Source of the DNA: Pseudobdellovibrionaceae bacterium | GTDB lineage: Bacteria; Bdellovibrionota; Bdellovibrionia; Bdellovibrionales; Bdellovibrionaceae | Direction of reading: 5' to 3' | Assembly: GCA_044359815.1 (NCBI GenBank) | Contig: JBIKLL010000059.1 | Location: forward strand, 1-17,753 | Length of the DNA stretch: 17,753 bases | Shown: in pieces, positions 7,447 to 16,130 of the stretch | Layout: each line of letters starts with the position of its first letter | Position numbering within the stretch: the stretch's first letter is position 1 | Notes under the pieces: model-generated | Seen by the model: only the letters and a program-made list of their open reading frames with translations | The model's database searches: none | What the model was told of the DNA's origin: nothing | Translations under genes and position numbers: made by a program

Positions 7447-10400
7447 CTAGTTGCCACTATTTGCTAAACAATCTTTGTCAGTGGTCTTACCAGCTAATCC
7501 TTGGTTCCTGTTACAGTTTTTATGATTACCTGAGTCCAGAGCCTGGCCATCAGCAGCGTGCTTATCTTTGTAGCTAACTGCAAAAATATTTGCTCCATAA
7601 TTCATCAGTTCTGCATTGATTTCGCCTAACCCATTAATAATTTTTAGAATCATACGGGTTCTGAAATCCATCTGACCTGTCATCATTGATTCTATGTCAG
7701 GCGGAATAAATACCTTTTTTAGATTTTGGATTTCCTGATTCAAATCTTCAATAGCCTGTTTTAATTGGGCTGAGGTCACCTCTGTTTGCAGTCTCTTGTT
7801 TCCACGCTGGACAATTTTTCTGAATAAAGACTCGACTTTATCAAATGCCATTAATGCTTTAGCTTGAAAATCCAAGTTTGAGTTGTTAGGGAATTTGAAA
7901 ACCCCATTGTTTGTAATATGCCCAGAAAATTTCCGTCCAAGCCAATCTATATCCAAATAGTCCACTTGTTTAAAAATACTTAGTAAATTAAGTCCTATAG
8001 CCATTTTAACATTGGCTTCTGGCCCCAACTTTTCCACTGGGTAAGACTCTAAATTATCCTTAGTATGTTCTGGCAACAAAACTTCTGGAATTTGCCAATC
8101 AGGTTTATAAACAGGGAGCTGTCCCAAATCCGGTGCATAAATACCGGGTTCAAACTGATTCCCATATTTATAAATGTCGCCTAATACTGATAAATATAAT
8201 CTGTATTGTTGCTTCATAGATAAAATCAATCCGATTGCACCAGGGCCAGTATTGTAAGACCCAATATCATCAATGGTCCCAACGTTTTCAGCACGGAACA
8301 TCCTTTGATACAGTTCAAAAACCATATTTTTGTATTCGGACTGAAAATAGTCCCATCCTTTTAAGTATTCTGGTGCTACGTTTTGAGTCCACCAACTGGT
8401 AAATAGAACATCCGCTGATTGCCTGCTATTGCCTTTATTTGTGTTTTTTAGAAAAGAATAATTATTAACATCCATTAAATATTCTAAGATCGATGAATAG
8501 CTTTTTAGAATTTGTTGTTTATTTCTTGGATTGGAATACACACTTTGTTTGTTGCCTGATTTCATCAAATAAAATGGTGTTTGATACACGTCTGCTTCTC
8601 TGCGGGTCACAACTCTATCGGTATATGGATAACCCGCTCGAAAATCAATACCGGTAGAAGTGTTCAAATTAACTATGCTAGGTGGATTGAAAGCTCTGTA
8701 AAAACCCTGACTAAAAAATCCATCGGTATCATCAACCATTCCTGAATTGGCTTTAGGCTCGGGTCCCCAAATCATGGATACCATCATTTTTTCCCACTGA
8801 CTTTCTGTTTTGAGCCCCATTAAATTGGACTGGTTCGGCATTGTCCATTTCAATCCCTCGATCTCGGGAACTGAATTGGATTTTTTAGAATACAAAATAA
8901 AACCTTCGCCCTTATTCATTATAGGCCTCGGTGGTATGCCTGGCTCTGCTGCGAACTTCATTTGCAGATCCATAAGTGCTTTTTTATTTTCACTATTTGT
9001 ATTGTTTATTTCTGTTTGCAAACCAACAAACAATTTTCCTATATTATTAAGTCTTGTTAAAACATCGGGTCTTTGCCTAAGCCCGTCTGCTGTAGCTCCG
9101 TTTCTTTTGTCAAATTCCTTTAAGAAAGTCGCTTCAGACTTAAGTTCTTTTGCAAATTTAAAGTAAAATTTCGTTTTATCTTTTGGTTGCAGTGATTTCC
9201 CGTGCTGCAATTCAATTGCAGACAAAATCGAATCAACGTTGGAAATCAGAAAACGAATTTGCTGTACAGTAACCAAAAATGGATCTCGCAGATAAATAGA
9301 AGGGTCAGAGGTTTTCACCTGCTCCTTAATTCCATTAAGCGGATACAATAACTGAGATGATTGAGCCTTGTTTTCATTACCCGCAGCATTTGCAGCTTCT
9401 TTTACTAAATATGAATAAATCGACCGTGATACGTCATATGTCGACATATAATTTGAAATTAGGTCTTTCCAGTTTTCTGATGAATATGTGATGTCTTCGA
9501 TTTGCTTTTGACGCCATTGACCCATTTTTTTGTGTAACCGATCAAATGTAAGCTCCAATACATTCGGACACTCACCATTTAAACTGGTATCTTCCTGGTA
9601 TTGATAAAACTCAAAGGTTTCACATTTACCCTTCATCACTGTTTTAAAATCTTGATCTGAATTGAAAAACCAATTGTTGGCTTTTGCTTGCATTAAAGCC
9701 CTAACAAAATCTAGTTGCTTGGCCTGTAAATTTATTCCACCAAAAACACTGTTATAAATCCTTGCTGTGGGTTTTGCGAAAATTACCTGATCCAAACCAA
9801 CAAACAAAGCAAATATCAACACTCCACCCGAAAATGACAAACCCATTCTGGCTGCGCCAGCCACGCCGGAAGCTGTAGATTGAGCAGCTGCTGACAAACC
9901 GGTTATTCGCAATACAAAGGAAAATCCGCGGAACACCATATTCTGTGAAGCCCGCTTACTCATAATTCCTAACAACTGATTGGCTGCAAAAGCCGCAGAG
10001 GAAGTTTTGTTCAATACTGATTGGCCTACACTCATAATTACCGAAGAAGCCACATTGCTCAGAATCATCGAAGTCAATACAGGAGCCTCAGCTGACAACC
10101 TGTCACCAGAATCCCATTTCCAGAATTCATTGTAGGCCAAATCACAGCTTTTTTGATCCTTCAATTTTGGATCTTTGGGTGCGATTCCCATTACACAATC
10201 TGTAAGATGCGGAAAATAAGCAATTTCATGAACAATACTGGACGCCAAAGATCCAAAGGTCATTCCAAGATTTGAAAGAAAAAAAGTTCTAAAATTCATT
10301 CTTTGCTTTGCCATCGAATTTCGAACTTCTGCAGAATATACCATAGGAATTTCTTTGTTCATTCCGAACGCTTTATTCAGAAGCTCCACTGAAACTCCAT

Positions 10401-10995
10401 TAACAATCATAAATGTATAAAATCCGATATGGGCTACTGGGTCTGCCAATCCTTCGATTTGACGAGTGAAGGCCAAGGGGTCATTGGATTCACCAGCAAG
10501 CATCATATTAAAATAAGTCACAGATCCTATTGCTAAAAAAAACTTAAAAGATTCCATAGGAAATCTCATGGTCACGTCTTTGACGATATGTGATCCTTTG
10601 TTGCCTGCGGCTTTAACTAGGGCTTCGGCTTTTAATAATGTCTCTTCTATTTTGGAGGGACGGTAGGCTTCCTTTTCATCGGGTGTGCCTCTAGGAATTT
10701 CAATTTTTAAAGTCTCTATTCTGCCTGGATTTGTTTCCCAAGAACTTCCAGATTCTGGAAACTCTATAAGCATAAAACGTTTTGCTGAAGGATCGTTGGG
10801 ATTGTGTTTTTCAAAACGAGCACGATAATTTTTTGGATTTAAGCCCGCTTGTTCAAAAACATCCAGAATTTCTTGCTGTTCTTGCAGATGCGGTGGCAGG
10901 GGGCGCCTGTTCCCATTGGCGTTGGCCATTGGAGCAGCCGTCATGATTGAATTAAACAAAAATACAGCACTGATAAATATATTTAAAGTCTTCAT
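7447..10995 (-). CDS. Large secreted hypothetical protein (~1182 aa) with an N-terminal hydrophobic helix cluster
   Basis: 3.5-kb ORF. Start placed at ATG 10995, which follows an AGGGA SD and gives the signal peptide MKTLNIFISAVFLFNSIMTAAPMANA (track start is 11022). Contains six Cys in three local pairs. No recognisable family. Confidence 0.85.
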   Translation of the reverse strand: MKTLNIFISAVFLFNSIMTAAPMANANGNRRPLPPHLQEQQEILDVFEQAGLNPKNYRARFEKHNPNDPSAKRFMLIEFPESGSSWETNPGRIETLKIEIPRGTPDEKEAYRPSKIEETLLKAEALVKAAGNKGSHIVKDVTMRFPMESFKFFLAIGSVTYFNMMLAGESNDPLAFTRQIEGLADPVAHIGFYTFMIVNGVSVELLNKAFGMNKEIPMVYSAEVRNSMAKQRMNFRTFFLSNLGMTFGSLASSIVHEIAYFPHLTDCVMGIAPKDPKLKDQKSCDLAYNEFWKWDSGDRLSAEAPVLTSMILSNVASSVIMSVGQSVLNKTSSAAFAANQLLGIMSKRASQNMVFRGFSFVLRITGLSAAAQSTASGVAGAARMGLSFSGGVLIFALFVGLDQVIFAKPTARIYNSVFGGINLQAKQLDFVRALMQAKANNWFFNSDQDFKTVMKGKCETFEFYQYQEDTSLNGECPNVLELTFDRLHKKMGQWRQKQIEDITYSSENWKDLISNYMSTYDVSRSIYSYLVKEAANAAGNENKAQSSQLLYPLNGIKEQVKTSDPSIYLRDPFLVTVQQIRFLISNVDSILSAIELQHGKSLQPKDKTKFYFKFAKELKSEATFLKEFDKRNGATADGLRQRPDVLTRLNNIGKLFVGLQTEINNTNSENKKALMDLQMKFAAEPGIPPRPIMNKGEGFILYSKKSNSVPEIEGLKWTMPNQSNLMGLKTESQWEKMMVSMIWGPEPKANSGMVDDTDGFFSQGFYRAFNPPSIVNLNTSTGIDFRAGYPYTDRVVTRREADVYQTPFYLMKSGNKQSVYSNPRNKQQILKSYSSILEYLMDVNNYSFLKNTNKGNSRQSADVLFTSWWTQNVAPEYLKGWDYFQSEYKNMVFELYQRMFRAENVGTIDDIGSYNTGPGAIGLILSMKQQYRLYLSVLGDIYKYGNQFEPGIYAPDLGQLPVYKPDWQIPEVLLPEHTKDNLESYPVEKLGPEANVKMAIGLNLLSIFKQVDYLDIDWLGRKFSGHITNNGVFKFPNNSNLDFQAKALMAFDKVESLFRKIVQRGNKRLQTEVTSAQLKQAIEDLNQEIQNLKKVFIPPDIESMMTGQMDFRTRMILKIINGLGEINAELMNYGANIFAVSYKDKHAADGQALDSGNHKNCNRNQGLAGKTTDKDCLANSGN

Positions 10996-11059
10996 ATACA
11001 TCCCTATCATTGCAAGGCGCATACTATCAATAATTTCAATAACTTACACATTCTTATGA

Positions 11060-11153
11060 ATTGCCTAACATTGCCTATGGTTTAAATCAATCTGAGCTGA
11101 CAATGATTTAGTCAGCTTGGAAACATTTTACGTCATTCAAATAGATCTGAATG
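11060..11153. promoter_or_regulatory. Cluster of candidate regulator binding sites upstream of the large secreted gene
   Basis: Direct repeat ATTGCCTA at 11060-11067 and 11070-11077 (10-bp period). Inverted repeats AGCTGAC-N9-GTCAGCT (11095-11117) and CATTCA-N8-TGAATG (11134-11153). Confidence 0.35.
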
Positions 11154-11169
11154 CCTGGGATAAGTAAGC

Positions 11170-11925
11170 TTATTGAACTTCGGATCCGGGTTCGCCATTG
11201 GAATTTACGACCAATATTTCAATGCGGCGATTTTTTGCGCGGTTTTCATCAGAAGTATTTGGCACCAGTGGTCTGGTGTCGGCATAAGAAATCGCAGCAA
11301 TCCGCGATGGATCAATCCCGTGAAATTTCAGCAAATATCTGACGACGCTGGTAGCGCGAAGGCTTGCCAGTTCCCAGTTGCTTTCGTACTGCCCGCCCAC
11401 AGTGGCTATGTCATCAGTATGTCCTTCAACGATGATCTTGCGCTTTGACTGCAGCAACATCGGTGCAATCTTGTCCAAAGACTTCAGTGCTGCTAATTTT
11501 AGCTTCGCCGAACCTACAGGAAAAAATGTCGATGCTGATAGCGAGATTCTGACGCCGCTGCCATCATGCCTAAGGCCATTCACTGCTTGCTTTTTTTCCT
11601 CTTCGCTAAGGGCTCTGTCTAGAAGCTTATCCATGACTTCTTCCAAATCACTGTTTCCCAATCGCTGCTGTTGAATGGCTTCCAATGGATCAACGATCAC
11701 ACCAAACAATCCACCATTATCACTGGTTTTACCACCACCGGGTGTGTTCATCCGCATCTGAGATCTGATGGATTCTTCGAATTTCTTTTCTTTTTCCTCG
11801 TTTTGAGTAGAGGTCGCATAAAGCACCACAAAAAAAGCAAACATCAATGTGATAAAATCAGCGTAACTGACCAGCCAACGTTCATGGTTTTCGTGCTCTT
11901 CGTGCTTTTTATGCCTGCGGCTCAT
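11170..11925 (-). CDS. motB: Flagellar stator protein MotB
   Basis: 'HERWLVSYADFITLMFAFFVVLYA' TM motif with the essential Asp, and an OmpA-like peptidoglycan-binding domain (VEGHTD, SNWELASLRA, RAKNRRIEI). Confidence 0.95.
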   Translation of the reverse strand: MSRRHKKHEEHENHERWLVSYADFITLMFAFFVVLYATSTQNEEKEKKFEESIRSQMRMNTPGGGKTSDNGGLFGVIVDPLEAIQQQRLGNSDLEEVMDKLLDRALSEEEKKQAVNGLRHDGSGVRISLSASTFFPVGSAKLKLAALKSLDKIAPMLLQSKRKIIVEGHTDDIATVGGQYESNWELASLRATSVVRYLLKFHGIDPSRIAAISYADTRPLVPNTSDENRAKNRRIEILVVNSNGEPGSEVQ

Positions 11926-12671
11926 GCTCTGTCCGAAAAAGATCTAAGTTTAATGTCAATCTGACTGGGCGTTAAACCTGTTTGTATTCCGATGCCGCCA
12001 TCCAAAATCATGCGCTTGATCCGCATGTCGTGGGCAATGATTTTTTTAACTTTGTTCCCGATGGGCAGAAAAATTAAATTGGCCGAGCCTACACCATAAA
12101 CTGTGGCGACAAATGCAACCGCGATACCAGAACCCAATTTGGATGTGTCTGACAAATTTCCCATTACATGGATTAATCCCAACACAGCACCTATGATCCC
12201 AATCGTAGGTGCAAAGCCCCCTGCATCCGACCAGATTTTTGCAGCACTGATTTGCTTTTCTTCCTCAATATCAATTCTGTTTTCATAAATGTCTCGGACA
12301 ATGGATGCATCCACACCATCAACGATGGATCTCATCACAGCTTGTAAAAATGGATCCTTCATATTTGTGATTCTGGGTTCAATGGATAGCAATGATTCCT
12401 TACGAGCAATCCGAGCACATTCCATGATTTCACGTCTGATCTCGGCCTCTGTATCAATGCTGGTGTCGTTAAAAACTTTCTTCAAAAATTGCATTCCGAT
12501 TCTTAGATCTTGCTTTCGGTTTGACAGCATAACCGCTCCTGCCGTGCCCCCAAAAACTATCACTGCAGCTGCGAACTGTACCAAAGAGCCTGCGTGGCCG
12601 CCCTCTAGTAAATTTCCCAGCAATATGCCACCAATGCCGACAATCAGACCCAGAATTGCTGTCATGTCCAT
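11922..12671 (-). CDS. motA: Flagellar stator protein MotA
   Basis: Motifs 'AAAVIVFGGTAGA', 'ARKESLLSIE' (torque-generating R/E), 'GGFAPTIGIIGAVLGLI' and 'GIAVAFVATVYG'. ATGA overlap with motB. Confidence 0.95.
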   Translation of the reverse strand: MDMTAILGLIVGIGGILLGNLLEGGHAGSLVQFAAAVIVFGGTAGAVMLSNRKQDLRIGMQFLKKVFNDTSIDTEAEIRREIMECARIARKESLLSIEPRITNMKDPFLQAVMRSIVDGVDASIVRDIYENRIDIEEEKQISAAKIWSDAGGFAPTIGIIGAVLGLIHVMGNLSDTSKLGSGIAVAFVATVYGVGSANLIFLPIGNKVKKIIAHDMRIKRMILDGGIGIQTGLTPSQIDIKLRSFSDRA

Positions 12672-12853
12672 TGAGCATCCTTGTTGTTACGAATGTTTTT
12701 AATCTTTTCAACGATGTCTTTTGCAGAATCTTTAACGGGCATTCGGGTGCCGTCAGTAAAACACAAAATCGTATCCGGAGTTGTGTCAATTTGACGGATC
12801 AGCAAATCGTTAACGTAAACTGTTTTTCCTGCGAGTGTGGTTACTTGTATCAT
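12662..12853 (-). CDS. flbD: FlbD/SwrD-family flagellar protein (63 aa)
   Basis: MIQVTTLAGKTVYVNDLLIRQIDTTPDTILCFTDGTRMPVKDSAKDIVEKI fits the FlbD pattern MI.LT.L.G....N...I..IE.TPDT.I.L..G....V.ES. Start reassigned to ATG 12853. Overlaps the motA start. Confidence 0.85.
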   Translation of the reverse strand: MIQVTTLAGKTVYVNDLLIRQIDTTPDTILCFTDGTRMPVKDSAKDIVEKIKNIRNNKDAQWT

Positions 12854-12965
12854 GTAAACATTGTGCCATTGGTTTTTAAAAATTGTGAGTTCCAGCAAGC
12901 CTAGGATCTAGTCAAGAAAGGTAAATTCCTAGACTTTCTGTCAGAGTATTTCTATCCTCTGACTC

Positions 12966-13562
12966 ATGCTTGACGATCTATTGCAGTTATTAGGTAACGC
13001 GGATGTTGCAATGTTTGAAACTATCAACAGCCGTTGGTCAAATCCTGTGTTTGATCAGTTTTTTCCGCTGATCACGGATTTACACAAAATCCCTGTGATG
13101 TCTGTGTTGATAGTGGCTGTGTTTTTATATTTTTGCTATCGCAAGTTTGCACGCTGGGGATTTGCGGTTTTTGGGATCACCATTACCGTTATTGGAATGG
13201 GTGATGGTATTGTCGGACAATTATTAAAGCCGTTTTTTGCAAGGCTACGGCCTTTTATGGCAGGGATTGAATTGCAAACAAAAGCTCCGGTCTTTGGACA
13301 ATTTGGATTTCCATCCAATCACGCTACCAATGTTATGTGCGCTGCCATTTTGATTGGATATTTTTTCCCGAAAGCCAAGTGGTATTTATTCAGCTGGGCT
13401 TTGTTGATTGGATTTAGCCGCATCTATGTGGGTGCCCATTATCCCTTTGATGTGCTGGCAGGCTTTATTGTGGGTGGGCTGCTGGCTTTCAGTTGCATTT
13501 TTGTTTTGTCAAAATTCAAAAAAATTCCTAATCCCAATCAGACTCAGGAATCAAAATCGTGA
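12966..13562 (+). CDS. PAP2-family membrane phosphatase (undecaprenyl-PP or lipid phosphatase-like)
   Basis: All three PAP2 motifs are present: KPFFARLRP, FPSNH and SRIYVGAHYPFD, with multiple TM segments. Confidence 0.92.
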   Translation: MLDDLLQLLGNADVAMFETINSRWSNPVFDQFFPLITDLHKIPVMSVLIVAVFLYFCYRKFARWGFAVFGITITVIGMGDGIVGQLLKPFFARLRPFMAGIELQTKAPVFGQFGFPSNHATNVMCAAILIGYFFPKAKWYLFSWALLIGFSRIYVGAHYPFDVLAGFIVGGLLAFSCIFVLSKFKKIPNPNQTQESKS

Positions 13563-14548
13563 AAACTATAGTTACTGGAGCTAATGGATTTTTAGGAAGC
13601 TGGTTGTGCAAAAGATTTTTACAAGAAGGCCATGACGTATCAGCCTTGGTTCGCAAAAACAGTGATCTGACTGAACTGCAGTCGCAAAAAATTAATTTAA
13701 TTTATGGCGATGTGACCGATTACCAAAGTTTAGCTGTGGCTTTTAAGGGCTTTGATTATGTGATTCATGCAGCAGGAGTTGTTGGATATTCAAAATCCCT
13801 GCGACAAATCATGCAGCAAGTGAACGTACAAGGAACATCCAACGTCGTCAGAGCCTGCCATCAAAATCAAGTCTCCAGACTTTTGCATATCAGCAGCGTT
13901 GTCGCCATAGGTGCAGGATTCACCGAAAACGAAATTATGGATGAAGATTCAAAATATAATTTATCAGATTTAGACCTGGGATATTTTGAAACAAAACGAA
14001 TGGCCGAAGAAATTATTTTAAACGCAGTTGCTGAAAAAAAGATCGATGCGGTGATGGTAAACCCATCAACAATGTATGGTGCTGCCGATGCGAAAAAAGG
14101 CAGTCGCAAAAACCAAATCAAGGTCGCTCAAGGCCGTCTGCGAGTTTATACCCACGGTGGAGTCAACGTGGTATCAGTGAAGGATGCCGTCGATGGAGTG
14201 GTCTCGGCACTGAAGGTCGGCCGTAACGGCCAAAGATACATTTTGGCTGGTAACAATCTAACGATTCAGCAACTGTTTGCCAAAATCGCTGATTGCGCTG
14301 GTGTAAAGGCCCCTAATTCAGAATTTCCAACATGGCTGCTCAGATCATTGGGATCCGTGGGTGATACGATGATGAGTGTGGGGCTGAAATTTCCCTTTAA
14401 TCGCGAAAGCGCCTATGCTGCGACGATGTTTCATTGGTTTAAAAATAAAAAAGCCATGGATGAATTGGGTTTTCACCCCCAGCATTCTGACATCGCCATT
14501 GAGCAAAGTGTTCGCTGGATGAAGGACAATGGGTATTTGAGCAAATGA
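13559..14548 (+). CDS. NAD-dependent epimerase/dehydratase (extended SDR, dihydroflavonol-4-reductase/HpnA-like)
   Basis: TGANGFLG Rossmann motif, 'VNVQGTSNV', 'HISSV' and catalytic YFETK (YxxxK). GTG start overlaps the PAP2 stop. Confidence 0.9.
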   Translation: MKTIVTGANGFLGSWLCKRFLQEGHDVSALVRKNSDLTELQSQKINLIYGDVTDYQSLAVAFKGFDYVIHAAGVVGYSKSLRQIMQQVNVQGTSNVVRACHQNQVSRLLHISSVVAIGAGFTENEIMDEDSKYNLSDLDLGYFETKRMAEEIILNAVAEKKIDAVMVNPSTMYGAADAKKGSRKNQIKVAQGRLRVYTHGGVNVVSVKDAVDGVVSALKVGRNGQRYILAGNNLTIQQLFAKIADCAGVKAPNSEFPTWLLRSLGSVGDTMMSVGLKFPFNRESAYAATMFHWFKNKKAMDELGFHPQHSDIAIEQSVRWMKDNGYLSK

Positions 14549-15360
14549 AAGTTGTTAAATCCTCTGTAGTGATATTGTTTCAGGTGGTCGGCATTATCAC
14601 TGTGATTTTTTTAATGTTGGGATTTTTTGTGTTTTCACAGTTTCCCAGCTCCAGCAAAATAAAAGGCTGTATGGTAACAAAAATGTATCAGGTAAACCTG
14701 TGTCCTGGTTCACCTCAGTATGTGCGAATCGATTCAGTCTCTGAATATCTGAAAAAATCCATCATCATTTCCGAGGATGCAGGGTTTTATGGCCACAAGG
14801 GTTTTGATGTAGCCGAAATGCAAAAAAGCTTAGAAAAAAACATTTCAGCTGGAAAATTTGCCCGCGGTGGCTCAACGATCACTCAACAATTGGCCAAAAA
14901 TTTATTTTTATCCAAAGACAAAACCCTGATCAGAAAGGGTATGGAAGCCTTGATCACAATGCAGATTGAACGCACCTTAAGCAAAAATGAAATTTTGGAA
15001 AGATACGTGAATGTCGTTCAGTTTGGTAAAGAACTATTTGGCGTCAAGGCCGCCGCATCGTTTTATTTCAAAAAATCCCCCAGCCAGTTGGATCCGGTTG
15101 AGTCGGCTTTCTTAGCGTTTTTATTACCCAGCCCCGAGGCCTATTCTAAGTCCTTTTTTAAGAAAGAACTGACACCCTTTGCTCAGAAAAGAATCCGAGA
15201 GATCTTGGGCAAGCTTTATTCTGTTGGTAAAATCTCTGAGCCTGAATACGCATCAGCTATGGACAGTTTGCCTTATTTTCTGACCGGACAAAAGCCATCA
15301 GAAGAAATTTTGGAAGACTTGGAAATGATTGACGAAGAATCAGCACCGACAGAAATTTAG
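14545..15360 (+). CDS. mtgA: Monofunctional peptidoglycan transglycosylase (GT51)
   Basis: GT51 motifs EDAGFYGHKG, GGSTITQQLAKN, RKGME and KNEILERYVN, one N-terminal TM segment, and no transpeptidase domain. Confidence 0.92.
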   Translation: MKVVKSSVVILFQVVGIITVIFLMLGFFVFSQFPSSSKIKGCMVTKMYQVNLCPGSPQYVRIDSVSEYLKKSIIISEDAGFYGHKGFDVAEMQKSLEKNISAGKFARGGSTITQQLAKNLFLSKDKTLIRKGMEALITMQIERTLSKNEILERYVNVVQFGKELFGVKAAASFYFKKSPSQLDPVESAFLAFLLPSPEAYSKSFFKKELTPFAQKRIREILGKLYSVGKISEPEYASAMDSLPYFLTGQKPSEEILEDLEMIDEESAPTEI

Positions 15361-16130
15361 GCTTGGATTTTTTTGTTAAATCTAATTATCGCAATTTTGA
15401 AAACTATAAAAGAAAAAACCAGCAGTACAGCTAAATGAAAAACCCCGTAAGACCAGTTTATAGTTCCATAGATTAATCCCCTGCTCAGCTCAACAGCATG
15501 GGTCAGCGGAGACAAATAAGCGACATATTTAAAATATCCGGGAATAGAATCCAACGGAAAATAAGTTGAACTGAGCAACGACAATGGAATCACTATTCCA
15601 GAGCTGGGGTAAATGATTTGATCAAAGTTTTTCACCATGGTCGTAATGATTAATCCAAATGATGAAAACAAAAAAGCAATCAATGCAGCTATCAACAGCA
15701 ATAATAAGATATTAAATGAATGGGCCAATCCAAAAAACACTGCAACCATTGCTACACCGGCCGCGCTGATTGTACCTTTGGTTGTGCCCCACAAAATTTC
15801 AGCCAAAGCAATCTGAAAAGGCTCCAAGGGGGCTAACATCAAAGTGGTGTAGGTTTTTTGTATAGATAGCTTGGCAAAATTATTATAAGTCGATTCAAAG
15901 AATGACACAAACATAGCTGTTGTACAAAGCATCGATGGAAACACAAAATCCATGTAAGTCAGACCCTGTATGTTGGAAATAAAGCTGCCCACTCCAAACC
16001 CTAGAGTCAGTAATAGAATTGTGGGCTCAAAAACAATCCACAACATGTTGATCAACCAGGATTTCTGAAACAAGTTCCAGTTGCGTTTCCAAACAAAGTA
16101 AACACCGTTTTGGAATGTTGCTGTAGTCAC
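15357..16130 (-). CDS. ABC-2 type exporter permease (NodJ-like)
   Basis: About six TM segments, with 'FEPTILLLTLGFGVG', 'TYMDFVFP', 'AEILWGTTKG' and 'LSPLTHAVELSR'. GTG start overlaps the ATPase stop. Confidence 0.9.
   Translation of the reverse strand: MTTATFQNGVYFVWKRNWNLFQKSWLINMLWIVFEPTILLLTLGFGVGSFISNIQGLTYMDFVFPSMLCTTAMFVSFFESTYNNFAKLSIQKTYTTLMLAPLEPFQIALAEILWGTTKGTISAAGVAMVAVFFGLAHSFNILLLLLIAALIAFLFSSFGLIITTMVKNFDQIIYPSSGIVIPLSLLSSTYFPLDSIPGYFKYVAYLSPLTHAVELSRGLIYGTINWSYGVFHLAVLLVFSFIVFKIAIIRFNKKIQA

Noticed and set aside
11010..11025. Sigma54-like TAGTATGCGCCTTGCA upstream of the large gene
   Set aside because: It lacks the invariant -24 GG, and the implied start site would fall at or past the SD.
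7447..12671. Zorya-like defence system (motAB homologues followed by large genes)
   Set aside because: MotA is a normal 249-aa protein without the long ZorA tail and is coupled to flbD. The downstream proteins have signal peptides and no helicase or HNH motifs.
13559..14548. Calling the SDR hpnA (hopanoid pathway), or the ABC pair true nodulation genes
   Set aside because: No hopanoid or nod biosynthesis genes are nearby, so only family-level similarity is supportable.
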